This document shows, in pieces, positions 53,120 to 64,000 of a stretch of DNA of 64,000 nt. Within the stretch, counting starts at the first letter, position 1, and each line of letters starts with the position of its first letter. The DNA lies in contig NC_042999.1 of the NCBI RefSeq assembly GCF_006345805.1, positions 68,448,001 to 68,512,000 of the forward strand. Reading direction: 5' to 3'. The translations under genes were made by a program, and so were the position numbers. This stretch comes from Octopus sinensis. Lineage: Eukaryota. The notes beneath the pieces were generated by a model. It saw nothing but the letters and a program-made list of their open reading frames with translations, was not told the origin of the DNA and made no database searches.

Positions 53120-53363
53120 ATATGCATATATACATGCATATATAATATAAATTATAGTCATTTGTATATATCTGTAATATATATGGATATACACATCTAC
53201 ATATATACGTGTGTGTAAAGACATCTACGTTTATTATATATGTACTTAACTCTCTCTTTCGCGCGTGTTAGTATGTATGCGTATATATATATATTTATGT
53301 AATTATGAAATGTATATACTTATATACAATGTATGAATAGGCTTTCATAATGCACACACACAC

Positions 53364-53395
<32 letters not shown>

Positions 53396-53789
53396 CACAC
53401 ATACATAATGCATGCACATTTACTCAAATATACATACACTCACACGTAGGCACCCACAGTTATAGAAATAAATCAAAAGTACAAATAGGTACAGCATAAA
53501 TACAGAAATTATATGCACACACAAAACCCCACCCATATACAATAGTACACACACACACATACACGATATGAAAATGACTAATGGCAAAAGGAAATTGCAA
53601 ATGAAATGACAACAGTTGAACGAAAGAAACAAATTGAGAGAAGGAACCACCCCCCCTTCGTTTATCCAGGGGAAAGAGGGAGAGAGAGATGATGTGTTGA
53701 CGTGGTGGAAGGGAATATAAAAGTTTGTAGGGGCAAAAATGAAAAAGGGCCCTAAAAGGGATATTGGTGAATAAGAGTCATAGAATACG

Positions 53790-54056
53790 TGTTTGCATAT
53801 ATATGTATGCTTACACACACATATAAACATGCAAACATATATACACCTATACACACACACATATACATACAAACGCACATATATACATACATATACACGC
53901 ACACACGTATTCATACACATACAAGTATATACATATATATTATATGCACATACGTACACATATACATAAACACATACAAATATAGACACACATATGCACT
54001 CACATATAAACGCAAACACATATATAAACACACACACACATATATAATATATATAT

Positions 54057-54098
<42 letters not shown>

Positions 54099-54312
54099 AC
54101 AAACACACACACACAATATATATATCAACACAAACACACACACAACACATATATATAAACACAAACACACACATATATATATATATATACACATACAAAC
54201 GCATATATACATACATATACACGCACACATGTATTCATACACGTACATACATATATATACACATACATACACACACACATATATATACATATATATAAAC
54301 ACACACAAACAT
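53790..54312. repeat. CA/TA low-complexity tract
   Basis: Direct inspection. Confidence 0.9.
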
Positions 54313-54901
54313 ATTTAAAATATCATTTATACGACGAAAGATAAGGCTTTTCTGATATATAGTCGTCTACTGATTTGAGATTATTTAATCTCTTCCTCCC
54401 GCCCCTCAGACATCCCTGTATACATTCACCTACACCTGTAGCTTGCTCTATACTTTTTCAATATTTTTTTGAGAAATATCATCATTGCAATCATCATCGT
54501 CATCATCATCAACACTGGACATTGTTGTCACGAGCCTTTGGACACACAGGGTTGTTTATTCGGTTTCTATGGCGTATAACTGACCGATATCACAATATTC
54601 CCCCTGGACGTGTCAGTAGTCTATTGTAGGTTTATTCATTTACAACTCTGAGGACTGTAACATCGTGAAATGAAGTGATTTGCTTAAGAAATTCCTTGTG
54701 ATCGCGAGTGCTACACCGTAACCACCAGGCCACGTGCCTTCAGAGCACTGCAGAGGGAGAATAGAGCAGTAATTCGTGTTAAAGGCATATATCTTCAGTG
54801 AGAGTTAGAGGTTGTGAATCCGACCAACTAAGGGATAGTAACTATCCAAAACACTGCTGGTAATGTACCCAATTATTAATACCAAAGTGCTAGTTATTGC
54901 C

Positions 54902-54986
<85 letters not shown>

Positions 54987-55010
54987 CACACACATGCATA
55001 AATTCAGGAG

Positions 55011-55166
55011 TATGACTTCTCTATGATTACAGCCGTTTCGTAACCAGCCTCACGTAGTATTAAGCAAAAATATACGTTTGCATTAGTATGCAAGCTGAGC
55101 ATTATTAATACAATTGTATATTCATAAATATCGCTACGAAACAGCTGTAATCATATGGAAATCATA
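55011..55166. repeat. Inverted repeat with 32-bp arms
   Basis: TATGACTTCTCTATGATTACAGCCGTTTCGTA vs TACGAAACAGCTGTAATCATATGGAAATCATA. Confidence 0.7.
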
Positions 55167-55521
55167 TGGGGAAAATAGATGTGTTTTCACCTCTCACAAC
55201 TCCTGATGTGAAAATTTATTTACTCTTCACGGAAAACTATCGTTCCGATATCCTGGATTTTCAATTGCACGGACAATTTATATTACATTGTAATTGATTA
55301 CTATGTAGACTGATAGTTGCCTTCGAATGAAGAGTTGCATTAGTTTCTGAACCCATATTTGTAATTTATACTGTATTCACAACTGCGTAAATCAGAGCTA
55401 AAATAAATTTAAATAGCGATGCTTCAGCAGAGTCACTTTTGAAGAGCTGAAACGGGTTGCAGCAGTAGTAGACGCGAACTAAAACTTTTGTGAGATTTGT
55501 TATATTGTTTTATGCCAAGTA

Positions 55522-55727
55522 CGGTAATCCCTCGATTGTCACGGGTGTTACGTACCCAAACCCCTCGTGATAGGTGAAAACCCACGAAGTAGAAACAGTA
55601 TTGTACTGTATATTTAAAAAAAATTATTTTCATAATTTGTATTTATTTTATTATAAATGCAAAACAACACCACAGAGGAATCGGTGTAAGCTTAAATAAT
55701 AAACCGCGATGCGGCGAGGAATTACTG
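55522..55727. mobile_element. Tigger/pogo-like MITE
   Basis: CGGTAATCCCTCG...CGAGGAATTACTG ends; homologous to 165-367. Confidence 0.6.
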
Positions 55728-55734
55728 CAATGTG

Positions 55735-56075
55735 AAGGCAAATGGCTCAGTCGCAAGAGTATCGGGCTTGCAATTATAAGGTTGTGAGTTCCATTCCCGG
55801 ACAGGGTAGTGTGTTGTATTCTTGAACAGGACACTTTATATCACGTTGCTCCAGTTCACTCAGCTGTAGAAATGAGCTGCGATGTCACAGGTGCCAAGAT
55901 GTATCGACCTTTGCCTTTCCTTTGAATAATATCAGTAGCATGGAGAGGGGGAGGCTGGTATGCATGGACAACTTTTGTTCTTCCACAAACAACCTTGCTC
56001 GGACTTCTAACCTCGGAGGGGAACTTTCTAGGCGCAATCCCATGGTCATTCATGACCGAAGGGGGTCTTTACCCT
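55735..56075 (+). mobile_element. tRNA-derived SINE
   Basis: A/B-box-like head, shared core; homologous to 31760-32015. Confidence 0.8.
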
Positions 56076-56347
56076 TTATGTTGAGTTTTTAAATACTGCT
56101 CATATCAACTTTGTTTCACATCGTATCGAAGTTGATAAAATAACGGACTGATTAACTACAGATGAGTCGATTCAATTCGGTTGCATCAATACCTGGAGTA
56201 AACTCATGATGAAGAACGGTGTTGTAAGTCGACCGATCGCCAAATTATGTCTGATTTTAGGAGACATGTAATTAGATAGATTTGCATCTCTACCTATTAT
56301 CAGATTTTATTAGGGCCCCATATGGTAAAGATGTGGGTGGGAATAAT

Positions 56348-56572
56348 GCTGGCAGAAACGTTAGCGCGCCGGACGAAATGCTTAGCGGTATTTCGTCTGC
56401 CGCTACGTTCTGAGTTCAAATTCCGCCGAGGTCGACTTTGCTTTCATCCTTTCGGGGTCGATAAATTAAGTACCAGTTACGCACTGGGGTCGATGTAATC
56501 GACTTAATACCTATGTCTGTCCTTGTTTGTCCCCTCTGTGTTTAGCCCCTTGTGGGTAATAAAGAAATAGGT
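56348..56572 (+). mobile_element. SINE family B
   Basis: Near-identical to 13264-13490. Confidence 0.9.
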
Positions 56573-56896
56573 ATAGGGGGATGTGCTAGCAACCCTTTCT
56601 CCCCTTACTGTTTTAGAAAGTAAACAACAACAACACAAATAACTACGCAGATGCAGCCACGGTTGAAACAAGAGCAACAACCATTATCAAAAGTGAAAAG
56701 AAGCATGGTCATTCCTTACACAAGTGACCTTATATTATCACCCATCACTTGTTATGCGCTCGTAAATTAGTTTGATAATTTAGCTCTGGGGACCGGAACT
56801 CTGGTGGGAAAAAATTCGCAGCCGACTCATTCATAAGGTTTATTTGAATATCAGTAAGCAGATGTATGCAAAAAAACACACACACACACACACAGA

Positions 56897-57250
56897 GGTG
56901 CAAGCGTGGCTGTGTGCTAAGAAGCTTGCTTCCCAACCACACGGTTCTGGGTTCAGTTTCACTGCGTGGCACCTTTTACTATAGCCTCGGGCTGACCAAA
57001 GCCTTGTAAGGGGATTTGATTGACGGAAACTGAAAGAAGCCCATCATATATATTCTTCTACTTGTTTCAGTCAGTTGACTGCAGTCATGCTGGAGCAATA
57101 TATATATGTGTGTGTGTGTGTCCGTCTTCGCTTGACAACCGGTGTTAGTGTGCTTATGTTCTCGTAACTTCGCTGTCCTGGGGTCGAATTATTCGATAAG
57201 AAACCCCTCAAGGCGTTGCTCCAGCATAGTCAAATGACTGAAACAAGTAA
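56897..57250 (+). mobile_element. Rearranged SINE family A
   Basis: Head on plus strand with a short inverted body fragment. Confidence 0.7.
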
Positions 57251-57255
57251 AAAAA

Positions 57256-57297
<42 letters not shown>

Positions 57298-59495
57298 GCA
57301 CACAATTGGCTTTTCGTCCACCAAATTCATTCACAAGTTATCGGTTGATTCGGTGCTAAAGGAGAAAACATTTGCCGATGCCAGAACTCGAAGTCACGTG
57401 GTTGCAAAGAGACCTTCTTTATCATAAAACCATGTCAGCACCCATTATATTGGTTTGCTCCGAATTGTTGCATTTGTTATAGTCCAAACTGAGGTGCATA
57501 AACAGTACCAGTGAGTTCGTAGATATAGAATATAAAGTTTTACTTTTACAATTTTCTTAGTCCTAAGGAGGGAATCCCCAACTTTTCTCAAAACATTGTC
57601 TTAATTTAGATAATTCTAAATGAACTTTTTTTTTTCTAATCTGCGACTATTTCTATGTTTATTGTGTTGCTTAGGAGGTATCTTTTATCGTTCGCTTTTC
57701 GCTCAGGAACCAAAAAATGACAAAGTTCGTCACATATTCTATGATCTCTTACGAATGATGTGTCCTAAAGCAAAATTTCAGTTACATACGTCCAAAACCA
57801 TAGACAACAGCTTGGAACACATACATTCGCTTTATATATTAGGATGGTTCTATCTTCTGACGCACATAAACGGCCGGTATACGTAACTGAATCAGTAGTG
57901 AATTAAAATAACGATCTACGTATCATACTTAATGTATATACATCGTTGACTGGAAAATTGCTGCATTATTCGTCCAGAGATAACATCGTTTCTGGACGTG
58001 CTGTGTGTTTAAAACCAGTACATCAGGAGACGAAAAATTGCCGCTGCAACAGCTAGCGAGAACGTTAGGAGCATTTTCGGCTTCGTTGGGCTTCGTCAAT
58101 GGCCTGTGCTCACAGTTGTGAGTACACGATTTTTCGTCTAACAATATATTGTGTTTTTATATGCAGCATGTCCATGAGAAATGTTATCTCAGGACTAATA
58201 GTACAGTAAATTGTCTGTCAACGATGTATTTTCATTATAATTCATAGATGGTGACATACATACGAACCTAAATATCGCACAAGTGCATAATAAGTTTGGT
58301 TCCATTAACTGGGAAAATTCATGTGTTTGTGTATATGTGAGTCGCACACGATCGAATTGATCAATTAGCCGAATGGTAATATGTTCTTAGAAGAAAATGA
58401 AATCTAATATAGTCTAATTTAGTGTCTTACAGGTACTTGTTTTATAGAGACTGGAATAGCAAAATAATACTGTAACCCAGCAGCTAATGAGCTTAAGTTG
58501 AAGATTAATCGATTGAATACGCAAATTGAAATAAACTTTTATTTGAATTAATGGTAGATGATCTGCAGCCATGAATTTTGCAGAAGCTCTGACGAGTGGA
58601 TATGAAGAGGCGAAGAAACCATAACTCATAGGTTACTGCAGTAGAAAGAGTGCGTTTTTTTCTATTCTCAGGCCAGAGGTTTAGTTCGAACGCTTACAAT
58701 AGCGTACGACACTTTTCTAAGTGTTGGACAGTGATTTGAAATCAGGTGTTGGGTGGGGATAACGACTCAAATAAATAGAATACAATTTTAACATTTAGAA
58801 CAATGTTTTCGCTGGAGAAGATAGGAAAAGAAGTACATGTGAAGACAAATAGAATTTGTCCTTGTAAAGTTAGAAACCACTTCTCACATCATTCATTTTA
58901 TAAAATTTATTATTGAACAAAAATTTTGCTGATGAAAATCACAACACTTTTCTTATTTTCTTTAAAAAAAAACAACAGAATTTAGCCAAATATGATACAA
59001 ATTATTGACTTAGCTTCATAGATAAGAAAATAAAAAACTCAGTTCTGATGGAGGCTAAATTTGTTACAACCATTTGTTTAATAAACATATTTAGTCTCTT
59101 TGTGATGTAGCTCATTCACCACCGTAGTTAAACATATTGCTCTCAGCAATCAGAGTCGACTTATTTCGACTTTTGTTAAAACCGTCGGCAGGATTCTGTT
59201 ATTTTCTCCTGGTTGTGAAAGTATCGCACTAATTAACAAATAATTTAAACGCAATCACATTAATCCCAGTATTATTTAAAGGCGTGAAAAGATGTGTGTG
59301 CCTATGAGTTAACAGGAACACCATGGGGGTGTATTTAAAATTAAATTCGCAAGCAGTTACAAATACATTTTTAGTAAACATTTTAACCTCGATGCGAAAA
59401 TACACCCAACATCGTTACATTTTGTCTTAATATGTGTTCACTGCACTATTTCAGCAACACAAAAATAAGTAAGCGAATCCAGATGACAACTTTAA

Positions 59496-59761
59496 CCCTT
59501 AAACGGTGGGAAAGGGTTGCATGAATGCGTGTGCCAAACGGACAAAGAATAAAAAAAAATCTCTTGTTATTTTGGGTAATTTTTATTCTTATTTTCACTT
59601 CAAATAAGTACAAAAACTGTAATAATTTATAGTCTCGCGCACAATAAAATTTACAATCTCGTTATCGAAAACTGCTGTAAAATATTCACTTTCCTTTGAT
59701 GATTGGCTGTATCCATGTAAAATTTTTGAAGCATCAATTGATGATGTCCGCCGTTTAAGGG
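59496..59761. mobile_element. piggyBac-like MITE
   Basis: TIRs CCCTTAAACGGTGG / CCGCCGTTTAAGGG with TTAA on both sides. Confidence 0.8.
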
Positions 59762-60115
59762 TTAAACAAAGTCTTTTTTGAGAATGTGTGTTGAAACGAG
59801 GAAATTAAAATAAAAAAAACAAGATTTGTACTTTTACATTTTTAGTGAATTAGGAAAGAATAGTAAATTATAAAACTGAACGATTTTTTTTTTTTGAAAA
59901 TGAACTATAGTGATGTTTATGAACGACAAGATGATGTGCGTTGATGGTGGTGGCGGTTTGTGTAACTGGTTGATTAGAGAATACAGGAGCATGAGAACAA
60001 ACGTAGAGTTCTCTCTTCAAAAAGAAGAGCTTAAGTGTGATCATTGTTGTGACGGCTCAAACTAAATAATTATTATCTAGACATATTATATTCATACAAG
60101 TGTAAATATATACAA

Positions 60116-60169
<54 letters not shown>

Positions 60170-60170
<1 letters not shown>

Positions 60171-60690
60171 CAGGCCTACTCTCCATTTCTTTTTAGAAGT
60201 GTATAGCCATGAGACACAGACCAGGTATTCCATTCATTTCCCAGCTCAAAGGGGCGAGCCGTGTTCTATGCTCGGGTCAAGGCATAGATTGCAGCCCCCA
60301 ATATCAGTAGCGGGGCCCAACAACATATGGTTTACGCCCGCCACAACATCAAAAGTCACTCATCCGTCCACAAACGCTCTCCGTGCTTTTCTCTCGTTTA
60401 TAAACTCTCTTGCCTCTCTCACTTCAGCACCTCTAACCACCAAAACTTTCCTCACTCTATCTATCCACACTAACCGAGGTCTGTCTAGTTCTGCTGCCTA
60501 CCACTTCAGCCTCCTTCATCACCCTCCTTATCATCCGCCCCTCATCCAAACCACCTCAACATTCGCCTATCCAATTTGGTTGTTAGTTTTTCTCTCAATC
60601 CTCACCCTGTCCATCCGCATCAGACCAACCATATCCCTCAAACATCCCATTTCAGCCTCTCTCAGGCCCCACGTCTCTGCACTATATAAC
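60170..60690 (-). pseudogene. RTE-clade LINE 3' end
   Basis: Minus-strand translation LYSAETWGLREAEMGCLRDMVGLMRMDRVR and RPRLVWIDRVRK, typical post-RT RTE motifs; ends at (TA)n. Confidence 0.8.
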
Positions 60691-61130
60691 ATTCTTTTCT
60701 ACTCTAGGCACAAGGCCCGAAATCTTTTGGGGGATTATCAGTCGATTAGATCGACCCGAGTATGCAACTGGTACTTAATTTATCAACCCCGAAAGGATGA
60801 AAGGCAAAGTCGAGCAAAACGACCCCAGGACTTATTCTTTGTATGTCTAGTACTTATTCTATCAGTCTCTTTTGCCGAACCGCTAAGTTACGGGGACGTA
60901 AACACACCACCATCGGTTTTCAAGTGATGTTGGGGTACAAACACAGACACACAAACACGCACACATACGACGAGCTGTTTTCAGTTTCCGTCTGCCAAAT
61001 CCACTTACAAGGCTTTGGTCGGCCCAAGGCTATAGTAGAAGACACTTGATCAAGGTGCCAAGCAGTGGGACTGAACGCGGAACCATGTGGTTGGTAAGCA
61101 AGCTACTTACCACACAGCCACTCCTGCGCC
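60691..61130 (-). mobile_element. SINE family B fragment fused to SINE family A
   Basis: Family B core switches to family A body at GTCGA (~60810). Confidence 0.8.
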
Positions 61131-61859
61131 TAAATTGGAAATGGACGTATATGCATATTTCAAGAGTTATTGTCTTTCATCAGCACCACATTCAACAATT
61201 TCCTCAATTGTAAGGAGTGTAGACCTTGCTTGTTCCCCAAACAAAGTACTGGGTTCACCATGCTCGTTTCATCGCAAAATCTATTGTTTTTAATTAAAAC
61301 CAAAAGTAAGCAACAGCTACATGGGATGCCATAAAGAACAAGTCATAAACACGTTTGACTGCAAAGCTGCAATGCAATCAGTTATATGTTTCTAGTATTT
61401 AATCTTGTTTTCCTACGTGTGTTGTTCATTAACATTTTAACGTGAATCAGATTGAGACGACGTTTGAGCTATAACCGCTATATCGGGAACATGGCGCAAT
61501 AGAGTCAGGCGCATCAAATTATACTTCTGCAGGAGACCACTCTGATGGCATTCTAAATGTCTTTAGAAGACAGATTTACATACCGAACATTCATGGTGTC
61601 TCGAACTGCGATATATTTTCTAACTAAAACATTGTCATACGTTCAACAACAGCGAATGAAGTGAATGGTCACTATTGTATCAAGATATCTCGTGGGGGAA
61701 AACTTGGGGTAAAAATTTAGTATTTATTCTATTTGGTGAATTTAAGACCCTTTGTTCTCATTCTTTGAATTACGTAAATATAAAGTAATAGCACCGATTA
61801 ACTGTAGAGTCGTTATGCCCCCTCAGCGATTGAACACCACGCTTGCAAGAAATAATTAA

Positions 61860-62073
61860 TATTGATTTCGAATTTTGGAATAAGGCCAGTCCTTTGGGGC
61901 AAAGGATAAATGGATTACATCAACCTCAGGACTTAACTGGTACTTATTTTATCGATCCCGAAGGGGCAAAAGGCAAAGTCGACTTCGGTGGAATTTGAAC
62001 TCAGAACATACAGACAAAATGCTGTCAAGTATTGTGCCCGGTGTACTTACGATTCTGCTAGCTCGCCGCCTTA
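61860..62073 (-). mobile_element. SINE family B, diverged
   Basis: Family match. Confidence 0.75.
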
Positions 62074-62106
62074 CTAAGAAATAATTAATATTGTTCTGCC
62101 TAGGTG

Positions 62107-62167
<61 letters not shown>

Positions 62168-63279
62168 CCTGCGTGTGCGTATATCTTTGTATATTGTGTG
62201 CACGTGTTCATCTATATATATGTGTGTGTGTGTGCGCGCGCGCATGTATAGGTGTGCTTGTTGAAATAAACGTAAGGATCATATTTTTTATCAAGGGCAT
62301 TAGCGACGTAAGCGATGCGATTCCAAGTGGGATTAAGGCGGATTACGATTTCTTGTTCGGGCACAAGGCTCCCAGATTTATGAAAGGTATTGAGAAATCA
62401 AACGCTACGACGTTCATATTTGTTTTCATTGGCTTGTGCGCTTGTTTATTGCTTGTTTGCCGTTGACATTTGGCTTGGATTTCGCTTTAGAAAGGGGAAG
62501 GCAAAACTATTAATAAGGAAAACAAACATGAGAGACTTGAAATTATAGCTATGACTTAGTAAAGAAGGAAAAATCAATAAGAAGGCAATGAACTCGGCTC
62601 ACCGGAAGCTTACCTTCACTAAACTGAAGTTTGTCACGAGAGTACTTTTCTTTTACCAAGACTTATTAAACAAAAAAAAACAACAACAACCCAAAAATAA
62701 CTGACAATGATATTGATATAAATATGAAAATAAATAAATACCAAAGAAAAAAATAACTTACAAATATACAATCGAAAAATAAAATGGGAAAAATGGCCAT
62801 AAAATATTTAAGGTTGCTAGAACCGACTGAGTTTTTTGAAACCACTTAGTAATTCCTACTCTTACTACTACTTCTTTCTTTCCCGCCACTCTGTCTTGCA
62901 CGTTTCCTTTTCGTTAATAATAAAATTTAAAACAATAACACTCAGAACTCCCGTTCCACTATTTCCTGTTGCTTATATACATGTATGTGCGTGTGTGTTT
63001 GTATATATATATATATATATATATATAAAGTAGGTTCATTGTTTTGGTTAAATACAAAAGATTGGTTTTAGAAACTTATCAGAATTGTACGTATTATCTT
63101 TGTTATTGTTGTTGATGCTGTTGGGTGTGTGCATTTCAATGAGGGTGGTGGAGTTTGTCATGGTAGGAGGCGCGGTTTCAGTTCTGTTGCCTTGCTGTTG
63201 TTGCTTGCGAATACAGCTTTGTTTGTATAAACTAATTTAACCAATATTTGAATTAGGGAACGAAGAAAGAAACACACGC

Positions 63280-63352
63280 AGAGAGAGAGAGAAAGAAAGA
63301 GAGAGAGAGAAGAGAGAGAGAGAAAGAGAGAGAAAGAAAGAGAGAGAGAGAA

Positions 63353-63409
<57 letters not shown>

Positions 63410-63450
63410 AAGAGACAGAGAGAGAAGGATGGGAGAAGGAGAGAGAGATA
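63280..63450. repeat. (GA)n/(GAAA)n microsatellite
   Basis: Direct inspection. Confidence 0.95.
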
Positions 63451-64000
63451 GACTTGCAGACATTTAACCAACCGTCCGAAAATAACAGAAGTGAAATCTC
63501 GTGCAAAAAATGGACACAAGCAAATAGACCAAGTAAAACACTAAATTGCAGAATTAGTAACTAAACCGTCGATACATACATTTACTTTAATATAAAACAT
63601 ACACGCCTATAGACATATAAAAGTTGATTAGATCTGGAGAGATACTACTACCATATAGTAGTTAATTCATATGAGATAATCAGGGACCTCGGTTACATCC
63701 GCTTGGTTGAGCGTACGGGTCAGAAGGTAGGAAAATAATTGGCTGAAGCGTGATAATGTAAGCATGTTTGATCCGCTGTCGTATGTGATACATCGAGGAG
63801 ACGAGGTGTGTTTCAAATTCTAAAATAAGCTTTAAAAGTGTTAGAAGAGCTACAGACATTGGAGAGTATAAAAAATCTTGTAGCCTCTGTCAAACAGAGA
63901 AACTCAGTATCATCACTGTATTGTAAACAAATTTTAACTTGCCGACACATCCAAATATTTCTTTGAAAATTTCACAGAGGCTAACCTATCAATCTTATAT

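Noticed and set aside
58585-58635. CTGACGA...GAAAC hammerhead-like words
   Set aside because: No stem II or stem III pairing and no properly placed cleavage triplet
60199-60927. 242-aa plus-strand ORF
   Set aside because: Antisense frame of an RTE fragment running into SINEs

Overview
AT-rich, repeat-saturated eukaryotic non-coding DNA, with no intact host gene or RNA gene that I can support. The SINE families resemble those known from octopus, so a cephalopod origin is likely (inference). Almost all long ORFs in the track are translations of (TA)n/(CA)n/(GT)n/(GA)n microsatellites or of SINEs. The window holds dozens of tRNA-derived SINEs, decayed CR1-like and RTE LINE fragments, a deleted mariner, Helitron-like elements, and Merlin-, piggyBac- and Tigger-like MITEs. 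It also holds Penelope-like (GIY-YIG) retroelement fragments and a 100-N gap. The main hidden signal is a set of type I hammerhead ribozyme (HHR) motifs from several unrelated non-coding repeat families. These are: a head-to-tail array of ~599-nt HHR-bearing units (33350-34699); a diverged relative whose stem I substitutions keep the pairing (47458-48131); a perfect 204-bp palindrome with two HHRs (6423-6626); and further minimal HHRs at 26.7 and 32.8 kb. Together they suggest a retrozyme/Penelope pseudo-LTR system able to make self-cleaved, possibly circular RNAs. Ribozyme activity, expression and novelty are untested. Repeat boundaries were read by eye and are approximate unless TIRs/TSDs are quoted.
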